NCBI GenBank assembly: GCA_963699775.1
Contig: CAVOVE010000003.1
Span: 1,975-65,974 of the forward strand
DNA length: 64,000 bases
From: an uncultured Candidatus Rokubacteria bacterium
GTDB taxonomy: Bacteria > JAUVQV01 > DATDCY01
Direction: 5' to 3'
Positions 1-13,637 of the stretch are shown here, piece by piece (position 1 is the first letter of the stretch; each line of letters begins with the position of its first letter). The notes under the pieces were generated by a model. The model had not been told where the DNA came from. It ran no database searches and worked only from the letters and a program-made list of their open reading frames with translations. The position numbers were made by a program, and so were the translations under genes.

Positions 1-354
1 TAGACGACGATGTCGCCCTTCTTCAGGGCGCGGCCGACGGACTCGGAGGCCTTCACGAGCGGCGTCAGGTCGGGCTGGTGGGCGTCGTCGACCGGCGTCG
101 GCACGGCGACGATGTGGAAGTCGGCGGTCGCGCAGCTCCTCGGTGCGGTCGGTGTAGAGGATGTCGGCGGCGGCCAGGTCGGCGGCGGCGACCTCGCCGG
201 TGCGGTCGTGGCCGGCGCGCAGCTCCTCGATGCGCTGCGGGTTCACGTCGAAGCCGACGACGCGCGCCGTGCGCCCGAAGGCGACGGCCACCGGCAGGCC
301 GACGTAGCCGAGACCGACGACGGAGATGCGGCGGGTGTGGCGGGACAAGGTCAT
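1..354 (-). CDS. Nucleotide-sugar dehydrogenase (UDP-GlcNAc/GalNAc dehydrogenase, WbpO/TviB-like), N-terminal part, runs off the window
   Basis: Manual translation: [27 protein letters not shown]...[22 protein letters not shown]...IVAVPTPVD...PDLTPL. Rossmann GxGxxG and VPTP motifs; one indel near 125. Confidence 0.9.
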   Translation of the reverse strand, partial: MTLSRHTRRISVVGLGYVGLPVAVAFGRTARVVGFDVNPQRIEELRAGHDRTGEVAAADLAAADILYTDRTEELRDRRLPHRRRADAGRRRPPARPDAAREGLRVRRPRPEEGRHRRL

Positions 355-1382
355 GGTGAATTCACCTCCAGGGGAACGACGGGATGTTGTCTGAGGAAGT
401 CCTCGTACGCGGCGATCAGCCCCTCGTGCAGCGAGTGCTGGTGCCGCCAGCCCAGCGCGTGCAGGCGCGAGACGTCGAGGAGCTTGCGCGGCATGCCGTC
501 GGGCTTCGTCGGGTCCCAGCGGATCTCGCCGCGGTAGCCGACGGTCAGCGCGACCATCTCGGTCAGCTCGCGGATCGTGATGTCCTCGCCGGTGCCGATG
601 TTGACGAAGTCGTTGCCGGAGTAGGTCTGCATCAGGAAGACGCAGGCGTCGGCCAGTCGTCGGCGTACAGGAACTCGCGGCGCGGGGAGCCGGTGCCCCA
701 GGCCTGGACCCAGGAGCCGTCGGGGGCGATGGAGGGGTCGGTGCAGATCCCCCCCTGCCCCCCCTTCCCAGAGGGGGACGGGTGCCGGATTCCATGCGCA
801 TGCTTCGCCTCGTGGAATCTTCTGATCAGCGCCGGCAGGACGTGGCTGTTCACCGGGTGGTAGTTGTCGTTGAGGCCGTAGAGGTTGGTCGGCATCACCG
901 CGATGAAGTCGGTGCCGTACTGGCGGTTGTAGCTCTGGCAGAGCTTGATGCCGGCGATCTTGGCCACCGCGTAGGGCTCGTTGGTCGGCTCCAGCTCGCC
1001 GGTGAGCAGGTGCTCCTCCTTCATCGGCTGCGGGGCGTGCCGCGGGTAGATGCAGGAGGAGCCGAGGAAGAGCAGCTTCTTCGCGCCGCAGAGGTGGGCG
1101 GCGTGGATGACGTTGCACCTCGATCAGCAGGTTGTTGTAGATGAAGTCCGCCGGGTAGGTGCTGTTGGCGTGGATGCCGCCGACCTTGGCCGCGGCGAGG
1201 AAGACGTACTCGGGGCGCTCGGCCTCGAAGAAGGCGCGCACGGCGGCCTGGTTCTCGAGGTCGAGCTCGGCGTGGGTGCGCAGCACGAAGTTGGCGTAGC
1301 CCCTCGCCTGCAGGTTGCGCAGGATCGCGGTGCCGACGAGGCCGCGGTGGCCGGCGACGTAGATGCGGGAGGTCGGGTTCAT
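351..1382 (-). CDS. fcl: GDP-L-fucose synthase (frameshifted in this sequence)
   Basis: [68 protein letters not shown], found across frames. Confidence 0.95.
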   Translation of the reverse strand: MNPTSRIYVAGHRGLVGTAILRNLQARGYANFVLRTHAELDLENQAAVRAFFEAERPEYVFLAAAKVGGIHANSTYPADFIYNNLLIEVQRHPRRPPLRREEAALPRLLLHLPAARPAADEGGAPAHRRAGADQRALRGGQDRRHQALPELQPPVRHRLHRGDADQPLRPQRQLPPGEQPRPAGADQKIPRGEACAWNPAPVPLWEGGAGGDLHRPLHRPRRLLGPGLGHRLPAPRVPVRRRLADACVFLMQTYSGNDFVNIGTGEDITIRELTEMVALTVGYRGEIRWDPTKPDGMPRKLLDVSRLHALGWRHQHSLHEGLIAAYEDFLRQHPVVPLEVNSP

Positions 1383-2329
1383 CGGGGGGCGATATCGAGC
1401 CGGCGCCGGAAATAGGCCACCGTCTTCTCCAGCCCCTGCGCGAGCGGCGTCCGCGGCTCCCAGCCGAGTTGCTCCCGCGCGAGCGCGATGTCGGGGTCCC
1501 GCTTGCGCGGGTCGTCCTGCGGGAGCGGCCCGTGGACGATCCGCGAGGCGGAGCCGGTCAGCGCGATCACCCGGTCGCGCCAGCTCCAGGATGGTGAACT
1601 CGCCGGGGTTGCCGAGGTTCACCGGGCCGATCAGGGCGTCCGGGCTGTCCATCAGGCGGATCAGGCCGTCGACCATGTCGTCCACGTAGCAGAAGCTGCG
1701 CGTCTGGGTGCCGTCGCCGTAGACGGTGATGTCGTCGCCGCGCAGGGCCTGCACGATGAAGTTGGAGACCACGCGGCCGTCGTCGGGGTGCATGCGCGGG
1801 CCGTAGGTGTTGAAGATCCGCGCGACCTTGATCCGCAGCTTCATCTGGCGGTGGAAATCGAAGAAGAGCGTCTCGGCGCAGCGCTTGCCCTCGTCGTGGC
1901 TGGAGAGGAGGCCGATCGGGTTGACGTGACCCCAGTACGACTCGGTCTGCGGGTGCACCTCGGGGTCGCCGTAGACCGCGCCGGTCGAGGCCTGCAGGAT
2001 CCGCGCGCCGAGCCGGCTGGCGAGATCGAGCATGTTGATCGCGCCGTGGACCGAGGTCTTCGTCGTCTTCACCGGGTTGTGCTGGTAGTGCACCGGGGAG
2101 GCCGGGCAGGCGAGGTTGTAGATCTCGTCGACCTCGACGTGCAGCGGGGACGGTGACGTCGTGGCGCAGCACCTCGAAGCGCGGGTTCCGCACGCAGGTG
2201 GGCGATGTTCGCCTTGCTCCCGGTGTAGTAGTTGTCGAGGCAGAGCACGTCGTGACCGGCCTCGAGGAGCCGCTCGCAGAGGTGCGAGCCGAGGAAGCCG
2301 GCGCCGCCGGTGACGAGCACACGGTTCAA
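1379..2329 (-). CDS. UDP-glucuronate decarboxylase (UDP-xylose synthase) family SDR
   Basis: [73 protein letters not shown]; frameshifted. Confidence 0.93.
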
Positions 2330-2420
2330 TGGATTGCTGTCCTTTCAGTCGGTTGTCCTTCAGCACGGCGCGGAGCATCGTACCCGAATGTGTCAGCGGG
2401 AACACGGCGTACGACTGCTG

Positions 2421-4337
<1,917 letters not shown>

Positions 4338-4341
<4 letters not shown>

Positions 4342-5237
4342 GTCGTTCCCGTTACCAACTCTTCCATGACCAGATCGAGCGACTCGCGCCACTCGGGCAA
4401 GGCGAAGCCGAAGGTCTCGGTGAACTTCGCGCAGTCGAGCAGGGCATTCGCCGGGCGCCGGGCCCTGCGCCTGGCTCTCCCGGGTCGTCAGCGGCGCGAC
4501 CTGGGCCGCGCGGGCGCGCAGCGGCGCGGGCGCCCGCTGCAGGATCGCCCGGGCGAACTCGAACCAGGTGGTCTCCCCCGCGGCGCTCAGGTGGTAGGTG
4601 CCGCCGTAGTCCTCGAGCGCGTCGGGACGCTGGGCCGCGCCGGTCTGGGCCAGGACGAGCGCGGTGGCTTCGGCGACCATGCGGCACCAGGTCGGGGCGC
4701 CGCGCTGGTCGTTGATCGCGCGCAGCGGCTCGCCGGCGGCGGCCGCGTCGAGCGTCGCGCGCAGAAAAGTCCTCCCGCGCGCGCCGTAGACCCAGCTCGT
4801 GCGGAAGATCAGGTGCGGGACGCCGACGCCGCGCACGCCCGCCTCCCCCGCCAGCCGGCTCTCGCCGTGGACGCTCGCCGGCCGCGGCGGGTCGCCCTTC
4901 GTCGTAGGCGCCCTTTTTCACGCCGTCGAAGACGCAGCCGCGTGGAGTAGTGCACCAGGCCGCCGCCGAGGCGCTTGACCTCGTCGGCGATGATCGCGGG
5001 GGCGACGCCGTTGATCGCCATCGCCAGCTCCCCCTGCTCCGCGGCGCGGTCGAGGTCGGTGTGGGCCGCGGCGTTGACGACGATCGTCGGCCGCAGCTTG
5101 CGGATCACGCGGCGGATCGCGGCGGAGTCCTCCAGCGGCAGCTCGGTCGCGTCGACGGCCGTGACCGGGCCCAGCGGCGCGAGCGCGCGGCGCAACTCCC
5201 AGCCGAGCTGCCCGTTTTTCCCGGTGATCAGGATCAT
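4338..5237 (-). CDS. rfbD: dTDP-4-dehydrorhamnose reductase
   Basis: MILITGKNGQLG, VNAAAHTDLDRA, LVHYST, FRTSWVYG, DQRGAPT; frameshifted. Confidence 0.93.
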
Positions 5238-5244
5238 GTCACCC

Positions 5245-5820
5245 TCACGCAGCGCTCTCCCCTCGCGGGGGCGGCTCGTAGCGAGGCAGCTCCGTCGCGT
5301 CCGCCAGCAGCGGGAGCGCGCGGTCCTTGGCCGAGAGGAGCCACTCGCCGGGGGGCCAGGCGATGCCGATCGCCGGGTCGTCCCAGCGCACGCCGCGGTC
5401 GCCCGCGGGCCAGTAGCCGTCGGAGCAGAGATAGGAGACATCCGCGCTCTCGCTGAGCACGCAGTAGCCGTGGGCGAAGCCCGCGGGGACGAACAGCTGG
5501 CGGTGGTTCTCCCCGGAGAGGGTCGCCCCGACCCAGCGGCCGAAGTGCGGCGAACCGCGGCGGATGTCCACCGCCACGTCGAGGATCTCGCCGCGAATCG
5601 CCCAGACGAGCTTGGCCTGGGGCCGTCCCAGCTGGAAGTGCAGGCCGCGCAGCACGCCGCGCCGGGAGCGTGCGTGATTGGCCTGGACGAAATCGGTCGC
5701 GACACCCGCGTCGCGATAGCGGGTTTCACTCCAGGTCTCCAGGAAGAAGCCGCGGTCGTCCCCGAAGACGGACGGCTCGATCAGCAGCACCCCGGGCAGG
5801 GCGGTCTCGGTGAGCTTCAC
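5245..5820 (-). CDS. rfbC: dTDP-4-dehydrorhamnose 3,5-epimerase
   Basis: [51 protein letters not shown]. Confidence 0.96.
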   Translation of the reverse strand: MKLTETALPGVLLIEPSVFGDDRGFFLETWSETRYRDAGVATDFVQANHARSRRGVLRGLHFQLGRPQAKLVWAIRGEILDVAVDIRRGSPHFGRWVGATLSGENHRQLFVPAGFAHGYCVLSESADVSYLCSDGYWPAGDRGVRWDDPAIGIAWPPGEWLLSAKDRALPLLADATELPRYEPPPRGESAA

Positions 5821-6689
5821 CGCCCCTCCTCCAGCAGTCCGTGCAGGTAGCGACCGTAGTCGTTTTTCTCCAGCTCCCGGGCGAGGGCGAGCAATTGCGC
5901 GTCGTCGATGAAGCCCATGCGCCAGGCGACCTCTTCGATCGCCGCCACCTTCAGCCCCTGGCGCTCCTCGACGGTGCGCACGAAGTTGGAGGCGTCCAGC
6001 AGCGAGGCGTGCGTGCCGGTGTCCAGCCAGGCGATGCCGCGGCCGAGCACCTCGACCTGCAGGGTGCCGGCCTCCTGGTAGGCGCGGTGGACGTCCACGA
6101 TCTCCAGTTCGCCGCGCTTTGACGGGCGCAGCGCGGCCGCGATCTCCGCCACCCGCCCGTCGTAGAAGTACAACCCGGTGATCGCCAGGTTGGAGCGCGG
6201 GTGCGCGGGCTTCTCCTCGATCGAGAGCACCGCGCCGGCGCGATCGATCTCGATGACGCCGTAGCGCTCCGGGTCGCGCACGCGGTAGGCGAAGACCGTC
6301 GCCCCGGCGGCGCGCGCGGCGCACTGCTGCAGCAGGCCGCCGAAGCCGTGCCCGAAGAAGAGGTTGTCGCCGAGGATCAGCGCCGAGGGCCCGCCGGCGA
6401 TGAACTCGCGGCCGATCAGGAACGCCTGGGGCAGCCCCCCCGGGTCCGGCTGCAGCGCGTACTCCAGGCGCAGGCCGTAGCGCGAGCCGTCGCCGAGGAG
6501 CCGGCGGTACAGCGGCAGGTCGTCGGCGGTGGAGATCAGCATGATCTCGCGGATGCCGGCGAGCATCAGCGTCGAGAGCGGGTGGTAGATCATCGGCTTG
6601 TCGTAGACCGGCAGCAGCTGCTTGGAGACGACGCGGGTCACCGGGTGCAGCCGGGTGCCCAGGCCGCCGGCGAGGATCAGCCCTTTCAT
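5817..6689 (-). CDS. rfbA: Glucose-1-phosphate thymidylyltransferase
   Basis: Intact 290-aa ORF with [38 protein letters not shown]. Confidence 0.97.
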   Translation of the reverse strand: MKGLILAGGLGTRLHPVTRVVSKQLLPVYDKPMIYHPLSTLMLAGIREIMLISTADDLPLYRRLLGDGSRYGLRLEYALQPDPGGLPQAFLIGREFIAGGPSALILGDNLFFGHGFGGLLQQCAARAAGATVFAYRVRDPERYGVIEIDRAGAVLSIEEKPAHPRSNLAITGLYFYDGRVAEIAAALRPSKRGELEIVDVHRAYQEAGTLQVEVLGRGIAWLDTGTHASLLDASNFVRTVEERQGLKVAAIEEVAWRMGFIDDAQLLALARELEKNDYGRYLHGLLEEGR

Positions 6690-6832
6690 GGCGCGGGCGC
6701 CTCGCCCGCAAGACTACAGAGGCTTTTGCCCAAGAACGCCGGAGTTGATCCCAGGAAACGGGTAGAGGACCCGTTCAGCCGACAAGTACGAAAATTATCG
6801 CGGGCCGCGCAAGTGTTGTAAAGATATTTCAT
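6686..6832 (-). CDS. Putative 48-aa small ORF between rfbB and rfbA
   Basis: GGAGGTGA SD; ATG overlaps the rfbB stop and TGA overlaps the rfbA ATG; lower GC than flanks; no recognisable motif. Confidence 0.35.
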   Translation of the reverse strand: MKYLYNTCAARDNFRTCRLNGSSTRFLGSTPAFLGKSLCSLAGEAPAP

Positions 6833-7912
6833 AAAGTCACCTCCGTGCGGTTCGCGTAGTTGACGTCCAGCCACTCCCGGTAGGCGCCCGAGCGCACCCG
6901 CTCGACCCAGCCGGGGTTGGCGAGGTACCAGGCGACGGTGTCGCGGATCCCGGCCTCGAAGCCGATGCGCGGCGACCAGCCGAGCTCGGCCCGGATCTTG
7001 GCGGCGTCGATGGCGTAGCGCCGGTCGTGGCCGGGGCGGTCGGTGACGAAGACGATCAGCCGCTCGCGCGGCGCCGCGGCCGGTTCCAGCTCGTCGAGGA
7101 TGCGGCAGATCGCTCCGCACCACGTGGATGTTCGCGCGCTCGTTGCCGCCGCCGACGTTGTAGGTCTCGCCGGGCCGGCCGGCGGCGATCACCCGTGCGA
7201 GCGCCTCGCAGTGGTCGTCGACGTGCAGCCAGTCGCGCACCTGCATCCCGTCGCCGTACACGGGCAGCGGCTTGCCCTCGCGGGCGTTGCAGATGACCAG
7301 GGGAATGAGCTTCTCCGGGAACTGGCAGGGGCCGTAGTTGTTCGAGCAGTTGGTCACCAGCGTCGGCAGGCCGTGCGTGTGGTGGGCGGCGCGCACCAGG
7401 TGGTCGGCGGCGGCCTTCGACGCGGCGTAGGGGCTGTTCGGCGCGTAGGGCGTCGTCTCGCGAAACGGCGGGTCGTCGGGCCCGAGCGTACCGTAGACCT
7501 CGTCCGTCGAGACGTGCAGGAAGCGGAAGGCGGCGCGGCCCGCCGCGTCCAGGCCCTCGAGGTGCGCGCGGGCCGCGTCGAGCAGGGCCTGGGTGCCGAG
7601 GACGTTGGTGCGCAGAAACGGCGCCGCGTCGTGGATCGAGCGGTCGACGTGGGTCTCGGCGGCGAAGTTGACGACCGCTGAGGGGCGGTGCTCGGCGAGC
7701 AGGCGCGCCACCAGGGACGAGTCGCAGATGTCGCCGCGGACGAATTCATAGCCGGGGTCACCGGTGAGGCCGGCCAGGTTCTCCGGGTTCCCGGCATAGG
7801 TCAGGGCGTCGAGATTGACGATGCGCGCCCAGCCCCGGGCGCGCGCCAGGAGAACGAACGCCGACCCGATGAAGCCGGAGCCGCCGGTGACGATCCAGGT
7901 TCCAGCGCTCAT
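6829..7912 (-). CDS. rfbB: dTDP-glucose 4,6-dehydratase
   Basis: [57 protein letters not shown]; frameshift near 7110. Confidence 0.96.
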
Positions 7913-8277
7913 CGGCCGCCCCCCGCCTCCCCTTCGCCCCCGCCTCGCGGCGCAGCTCTTCGATTTCCCGCTGGAGCCGCTCGAACTCGTGCAGTTTCGC
8001 CTGCAGGAAGCGGCGGGTCACCCTGATTTTTTCACTGATGCCCTCGGGCGTCAGCACGTAGCGATAGGCCAGCTTGTTGCGCGAGTTCTTGAAGCGCCGG
8101 GCCTTCACCAACCCCTTGCCGATCAGCGAGTTCACCACGAAGTTGACGCGACCGAGCGAAAGGCCGAGCCGTCCGGCCAGGTCGCGCTGCGAGAGGGTGT
8201 CGTCGCGCGAGAGCTCGCGCAGAGTGTACAGATGCGCGCCGTCGAGGGAACCGCTCGCTGATTTTCGTGGTCGTCAT
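7909..8277 (-). CDS. MarR-family EPS-associated transcriptional regulator
   Basis: wHTH with SQRDLA...LSLGRVNFVVNSLIGKGLVKARRFKNSRNKLAYRYVLTPEGISEK; heads the sugar operon. Confidence 0.88.
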
Positions 8278-8281
8278 CGGA

Positions 8282-8330
8282 CAGGCTACCGCCGGCCCCA
8301 GGTCATGGGGATAGCCGCGAAAACACACTG
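8282..8330 (-). promoter_or_regulatory. JUMPstart/ops-like element
   Basis: GGCGGTAGCCTG (8282-8293, -) matches ops GGCGGTAGnnTG and is preceded by CAGTGT; lies just 5' of the polysaccharide operon. Confidence 0.7.
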
Positions 8331-8356
8331 GAAAAGCAGCGTTCACTTCGAGAACG

Positions 8357-8386
8357 AATATACGGGTTTGGCGAAGATCGCGTCAA
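8357..8386 (-). promoter_or_regulatory. Putative sigma70 promoter of the sugar operon
   Basis: TTGACG-N18-TATATT on the minus strand. Confidence 0.55.
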
Positions 8387-8401
8387 GGAAAAACGGGGGA
8401 A

Positions 8402-9169
8402 CTATTTGAAATCGCGACGTTCGAAAATCAGCGCGGCCAGACCGATCAGAAAAGCGATGTAGAGCAGCCCGTACAGCACCGCGCCGCCGATGTAGGCCGG
8501 CTCGATCGCCATGTTGTAGACCACCAGGTGCTTGACGTCGAACTTCTCGAGATTCGGCAGCAGGTAGTGGATGCCGGTGACGAGGGCCCGCGTCACGGGG
8601 TCCTCCGTCTTGCGCGCAAACTCGACGAGGTCGGAGGAGAAGCGCCCGATGACCCAGACGCCGAGCGTGAGCATGGCCGAGAGCGTCGGCGTGGAGAACG
8701 TCGAGAAGAGCACCGCCACCGCCGTCACGACCATGAGCTCGACGAGGATCAGCAGGACCGCGACGAAAACGCCCCAGTTCATCGCGCCCGGGGAATAGAA
8801 CGCCATCAGCGCGAGCAGGGCCGCGGTCATGACCGCCACGTTGAGGGCGATCACGAGCATCAGGCCGAGGTACTTGCCGATCACGAAGTTGCGGCGCGAG
8901 ATCGGCCGGGCGAGCAGCATGTAGAGCGTGCGCCGCTGGATCTCCTTGTGCACCAGGCCGATGCCGACGAAGATCGCGATCAGCAGCCCGAAGACCGACA
9001 TCGCGGCGAGGCTCAGGTCCAGGATGATCTTGATCGTCTCCCCGAGGGTCATGTTCCCGATGACCGCCGAGGCCCCCATGACCAGCAGCGCGAAGAAGAC
9101 CAGGTTGTAGAGCACCTTGTCGCGGATCGCCTCGCGGAAGGTGTTGGCGATGACGGCCCAGGTCTTCAC
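8402..9169 (-). CDS. ABC-2 type transporter permease (PilI/Xap-like)
   Basis: Intact 255-aa hydrophobic ORF: [39 protein letters not shown]. Confidence 0.88.
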   Translation of the reverse strand: MKTWAVIANTFREAIRDKVLYNLVFFALLVMGASAVIGNMTLGETIKIILDLSLAAMSVFGLLIAIFVGIGLVHKEIQRRTLYMLLARPISRRNFVIGKYLGLMLVIALNVAVMTAALLALMAFYSPGAMNWGVFVAVLLILVELMVVTAVAVLFSTFSTPTLSAMLTLGVWVIGRFSSDLVEFARKTEDPVTRALVTGIHYLLPNLEKFDVKHLVVYNMAIEPAYIGGAVLYGLLYIAFLIGLAALIFERRDFK

Positions 9170-10097
9170 GGCGTCTTCACCTCGCGCAGGAAGACGTCTT
9201 CGAGCGTCTCGTGCAGCGGCGCGACGCGCGACGATCCGCCCGCCCCCCTGCCTGGATCGCCGCCAGGACCCCCGGCACCTGTCCCTCGTCCCCGGGGATC
9301 GTGAACTGCACGCGGTCGCCCTCCTCCAGAAAGACGGTGGCGCGCGGGCGCAGGTCGGCGCGCGCCGCGGCGGCGAGACCGACGGCCTGGAACTCGACGG
9401 CCTGGACGCGGTTGCGCAGCAGCTGGTCGAGACGCCCCGAGGCCACGAGCCGCCCGCGATTCATGATGCCCACGCGGTCGCAGATCATCTCGGCGTCGGC
9501 GAGGATGTGCGAGGAGAACAGGACCGTCCGCCCCTCGGCGCGCAGCTGCAGGATGACGTCGCGCACCTGCTTGCGGCCCAGCGGGTCGAGCCCGGACTGC
9601 GGCTCGTCCAGGATCAGCAGCTGCGGGTCGCCCACCAGCGCCTGGGCCAGGCCCGCGCGCTGGAGCATGCCCTTGGAGTACTTGCGCATGCGCACGTCGG
9701 CGGCCCGCTCCAGATCGACGAGCGCCAGCAGTCGCGCGATGCGCTCGCGCCGGACGGGGCCCGGGAGGCCGCAGAGCCGGCCGCAGAAGTCGAGGAACTC
9801 GCGTCCGGTGAGGTAGTCGTAGAAACTGGGGTTTTCCGGGAGATACCCGAGCCGGCCGCGGTGGGCCAGCCCGTCGGCCGGCTCGCCGAGGATCTCGGCC
9901 CGCCCCGCGCTGGGCCGCAGCAGGCCGAGCAGCAGCTTGAGCGTCGTGGTCTTGCCGGCGCCGTTCGGGCCGAGAAAGCCGTAGATCTCGCCCTCGGCGA
10001 TTTCGAGGTCGAGCCGGTCCACGGCCACCGTGCGCACCCGGCGCCAGTTCGACACGAAGACCTTGGTCAGGCCCTCGGTGCGGATGACGGCGGTCAC
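9166..10097 (-). CDS. ABC transporter ATP-binding protein (PilH/XapD-like)
   Basis: [26 protein letters not shown]. Confidence 0.93.
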
Positions 10098-10842
10098 GGT
10101 GTCCCCGGCAGCGCCGGCGCTCTCGCCGGCGAGAAAGGCCTTGAGCGACTCGGGGATCCTGTTGGCGCGCAGATCCTCGATCTTGTGAAGAATGTTCGCC
10201 CGCGCCGACTCGTCGCGCGCGCCCTCGGCCAGCGTCTCGAGAAAAAGCACGGCGGCGTCCACGCGTCCGGTCTCGCGCCAGCAGGCTGGCGGCGAGGCGC
10301 GGCAGATAGTCGGGGGCGTCCCCGGCAGGCTCGCGGCATAGCGCATCAGGCTCGCGGCGCGCTCGGGGTCGTGCTGGTTGTAAAAGGCGTTGAAGCCGAT
10401 GTAGAACGGGTAGCGCCAGTCGCCCGGGTAGTTGGTCATCCCCCGGGTGAGCATCGCGATGCTCTCATCCGAGGTTTCGGGCTTGAGGGCCAGGGCCATC
10501 CCCCCGAAGAGGTACGGGTACTGAAAGGGCGGGTCGAGCGTCGTGACCTGGATGAGGATGCGGAAGAGCCAGGGGTAATCGTTGTCGGTGAGCATGTGCC
10601 CGCCGAAATAGCTGACCGCCCTGACCCAGAGCACGTCGGCGGCGAGGTTCGAGAACCCGAGGGTCAAGGCCTTGGTGTTGCGCCCCGAGGGCAGGTAGAG
10701 GAACTGCTCGACGCTCCGCGCGCGGCCAGGCGGTCTCGAACAAACGCTGCACGCCGGCCTGAGCGGCCAGCGCAACGACGATCAGCAGCCCCACGACGAC
10801 CGTTCGCGGCCGCCGGCCTGCGCTTCCGGCTGCGGATTTCAT
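10094..10842 (-). CDS. Membrane-anchored helical protein (PilG/XapA-like)
   Basis: N-terminal TM, then LYLPSG..LTLGFSNLAADVLWVRAVSYFG, TTLDP, GDWRYPFYIGFN; sits between pilA and the ABC genes. Confidence 0.7.
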
Positions 10843-10844
10843 GA

Positions 10845-12859
10845 CTACGTCCCGCCCGTGCGTTCCTGCGATCTGAATTTTCTCGAGTTCATTGTAGAAA
10901 ACAGCCGGTTTGATTGCAAGCAACTCGGCCTCGGCCTGGGTGGTCGGCACGAGCGATGGAGCTTTCTCGGCGAGCGCGGCGCCGCGACCGAACGCCTCCC
11001 GCGCCTCGGGGAGCCTCCCGTGCCGCGCGTAGAACGTCCCGAGGTTGAACCAGCCGCGCAGGTAGTACTCCTCGATGGCGACGGCGCGGCGAAAGGCCGC
11101 CTCGGCCGCGGCGGCGTCCCCCAACTCGTCGGACGAGCAACCCGATCTCGGACAGGACCTGGAACTGGAACGGCGCCAGCTCGGCGGCGTGACGGTAGTG
11201 CGCGAGCGCCGCCTCGAGCCGCTCGCGGCCCGGCGGCTCCCGCCGGGCGAGCGAGGTCATCGCCTGGCCGAGGTTCACCGCGTACTGAAACTGGTTCGGG
11301 TTGAGCTCGGCGGCGTAGTTCAGGTGGTAGAGCGCCTGCTTCAGCGCGCCCGGCGCCGCCCGTCGCCGCGCAGAAACTCCTGAAAATACTGACTCCCGAG
11401 GGCGCGATGGTAGGGGGCGTTGATGAAGTCGATGCGCGCCGCGAGACCGATCAGCCGCGTCGACTCCGCGAGGGGCAGCTCCCGGCGCGGCGCCTCCTCG
11501 AGCGCCCACTTCTCGCGCAGCAGGTTGCGTGGGGCGCCGATGCCGCCGAGATAGTACCAGAAGCCGACGACCGGGCGCGCCGCGGTGAGGGCGAGCACGA
11601 GAGCGATCAGGCCCGCGGTCACGGCGTAGACGGGGCGGACGCGGAAGGAGACGGCGTGCTCCGGCCCGGTGACGCCGTGGAGTCGCAGCCCGGCGGCCAG
11701 CAGCACGAGCAGCAGCGCCGAGGACGGCGTGTGCAGCGGAAAATCGACCGCGGCGTGAACCGCGATCGACGCGGCGGCGGCCAGCAGCGTCGCGACCGGC
11801 CCCCACGCGGCGCGCGGCAGGGCGCGCAGGCGCGCGACGGCGGCCCACGCCAGCAGCGCGACCAGGCCGAGCGCGACCAGGAGGCCGGGAACACCCAGTT
11901 CGGCGCCGGCCTGCAGGTACTCCGAGTGGGCGTTCTCGGCGACGCGGGTGTATTTCGCCCAGTGGGTCTCGATGGGAAAGGCGTAGCGGGTCGAGACGTA
12001 TTCGTACTGACCGAGCCCGATGCCGACCCAGGGGTGGTCGATCATCATCGACCAGGCGCTCTTCCAGATCGCGAGCCGGGTGAAGGCGAAATTGTCCGTC
12101 TGCGGGAGCGACTGCAGCCGTTGGAGCAGCGGGTTGGGAATCGCCAGCAGCGCGACACACGCCGCCGAGAACGCCGCGGCGGCGACTTTCCAGGAACGCA
12201 GCGTGAGCAGCAGCAGCAGCCCGGCGGCCAAAGCCAGGGCGCCGCCGCGCGAGCCGGTGGTCAACAAGGCCGCGAGGAGCAGCGCCCCCTCAGCGGCGGC
12301 GAGCGCTGTGCGCAGCGGGCGGCGGCGGGAGCCGGACGGGGGGAAGATCTGGCCGCCGACGACAAGCAGCAGCGCGGCGGCGAGGAAGCCGGCCAGGAAG
12401 TTCGGGTTGAAAAACAGTACCCGCGGGGCGGTCCCGGCCGAAGCCGATCGCCGCCCCGAGCACGAGCAGCGACTGGAAGCCCGCCTGCGCCCTGACCGCA
12501 CCGAGCGCGAGCGCAAGCCCGGCGAAGCTCGGGTTGAACGACAGATACGCGTACAGCGCGACGTAGCAGGCGATGGCGAGGGATGCCGCCTCGGCCGGGT
12601 GGTAATAGGGCGCGAAGAGCGTGGAAAAGAGCGACCAGAAGACGAGAAACCCGAGCAGCACGTCCAGCGCGTTCAGGCGAAGCTCGCGCCGGGGCGCCCG
12701 CGCCCAGGTTCTCGACCAGAACACCACCAGCGCGAGGATGCCCAGTTTGACGACGAAGGACGGGAACCGGGGAGTTCCCCCCTGGACGAGGGGGACGAGC
12801 AGCAGCAGCGCGGCGGTCAGCCACCAACCAGCCAGCGCGGGGTTCCGATCTGATTCCAC
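10845..12859 (-). CDS. O-antigen ligase family (Wzy_C) membrane protein with C-terminal TPRs; candidate pilin O-oligosaccharyltransferase
   Basis: FFNPNFLAGFL, LLTTGSRGG, RLAIWKSAWSMMIDHPWVGIGLGQY, NAHSEYLQAGAELG, then TPR helices; directly downstream of pilA; frameshifted. Confidence 0.85.
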
Positions 12860-12997
12860 TCAGAGATCGGCGCCTTCGTGGAACATCTCTTTGTCGCCTC
12901 CGGTGAGCTGCCGGATGTCAGCAATTGCGACCATCACGGAATTCCGACGATCGCCACGCGTATCATCAACTCGACGAGGGGAAGCCCCACTGGCGGC

Positions 12998-13041
12998 GAA
13001 ATAAAGAGCAGGGGGCCCCTGATCTCTCAGGAACCCCCTGC
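12998..13041 (-). terminator. Putative rho-independent terminator after pilA
   Basis: Minus strand GCAGGGGG...CCCCCTGC stem followed by TCTTTATTT. Confidence 0.6.
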
Positions 13042-13083
13042 ATCTGCTGATCTCCGGAATCCGGCCGACAGCCGGATGCTATC

Positions 13084-13568
13084 CTAGAATGCGGCGCCTT
13101 CCTTGATGATTTCGTTGGTGGAACTGGTGACGTAGAAAGAGCTGACCGAGGTGTCGCCGTCGAGGTCGCCGATGGCATACATGGACATGCCTTCGCTGGC
13201 GTTCGGATAGTCGCTGCTGGCGGTGGAGCAGGAGGGCGTAATCGTAGTAGAACACGTTCCCTTCGGGGGCGAAGCCGAGGATCGAGAAGCGGGTGCGAGC
13301 TAATCCAGGGCTCCTTATTGGTGATGCCGGCGCGGCCGCCCATCGGCGTCATGGCCTGGTTGCCGACGTAGAAGTCCCACTCGGCGAAGTAGGCCACTTC
13401 GGTGCTCCGGATGGCGCCGAGGTTCGACTTGGCCTCGGAGGTCTTGGCCTTGAGACGGAACTGCAGGAAGTTCGGGATGGCGATGGCCGCCAGAATGCCG
13501 ATGATGGCAACGACGATCATCAGTTCGACCAGGGTGAAGCCTTTCCGGTTCCGGATGCTCTGTAACAT
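13084..13568 (-). CDS. pilA: Type IVa major pilin (about 160 aa, two indels)
   Basis: Class III signal RNRKG|FTLVELMIVVAIIGILAAIAIPNF; rebuilt C-terminus ...RFSILGFAPEG...AIGDLDGD...EIIKEGAAF*. Confidence 0.93.
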
Positions 13569-13621
13569 GTTCTGTCCTCCCCTTTGGTTGTAGTGGGTTC
13601 ATACCCGTTGCCCACAGTTAA

Positions 13622-13637
13622 AGCATTTTCCGTGCCA
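13622..13637 (-). promoter_or_regulatory. sigma54 (-24/-12) promoter of pilA
   Basis: TGGCACGGAAAATGCT (GG-N10-GC), about 55 bp upstream of the ATG; GGAGG SD. Confidence 0.85.
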
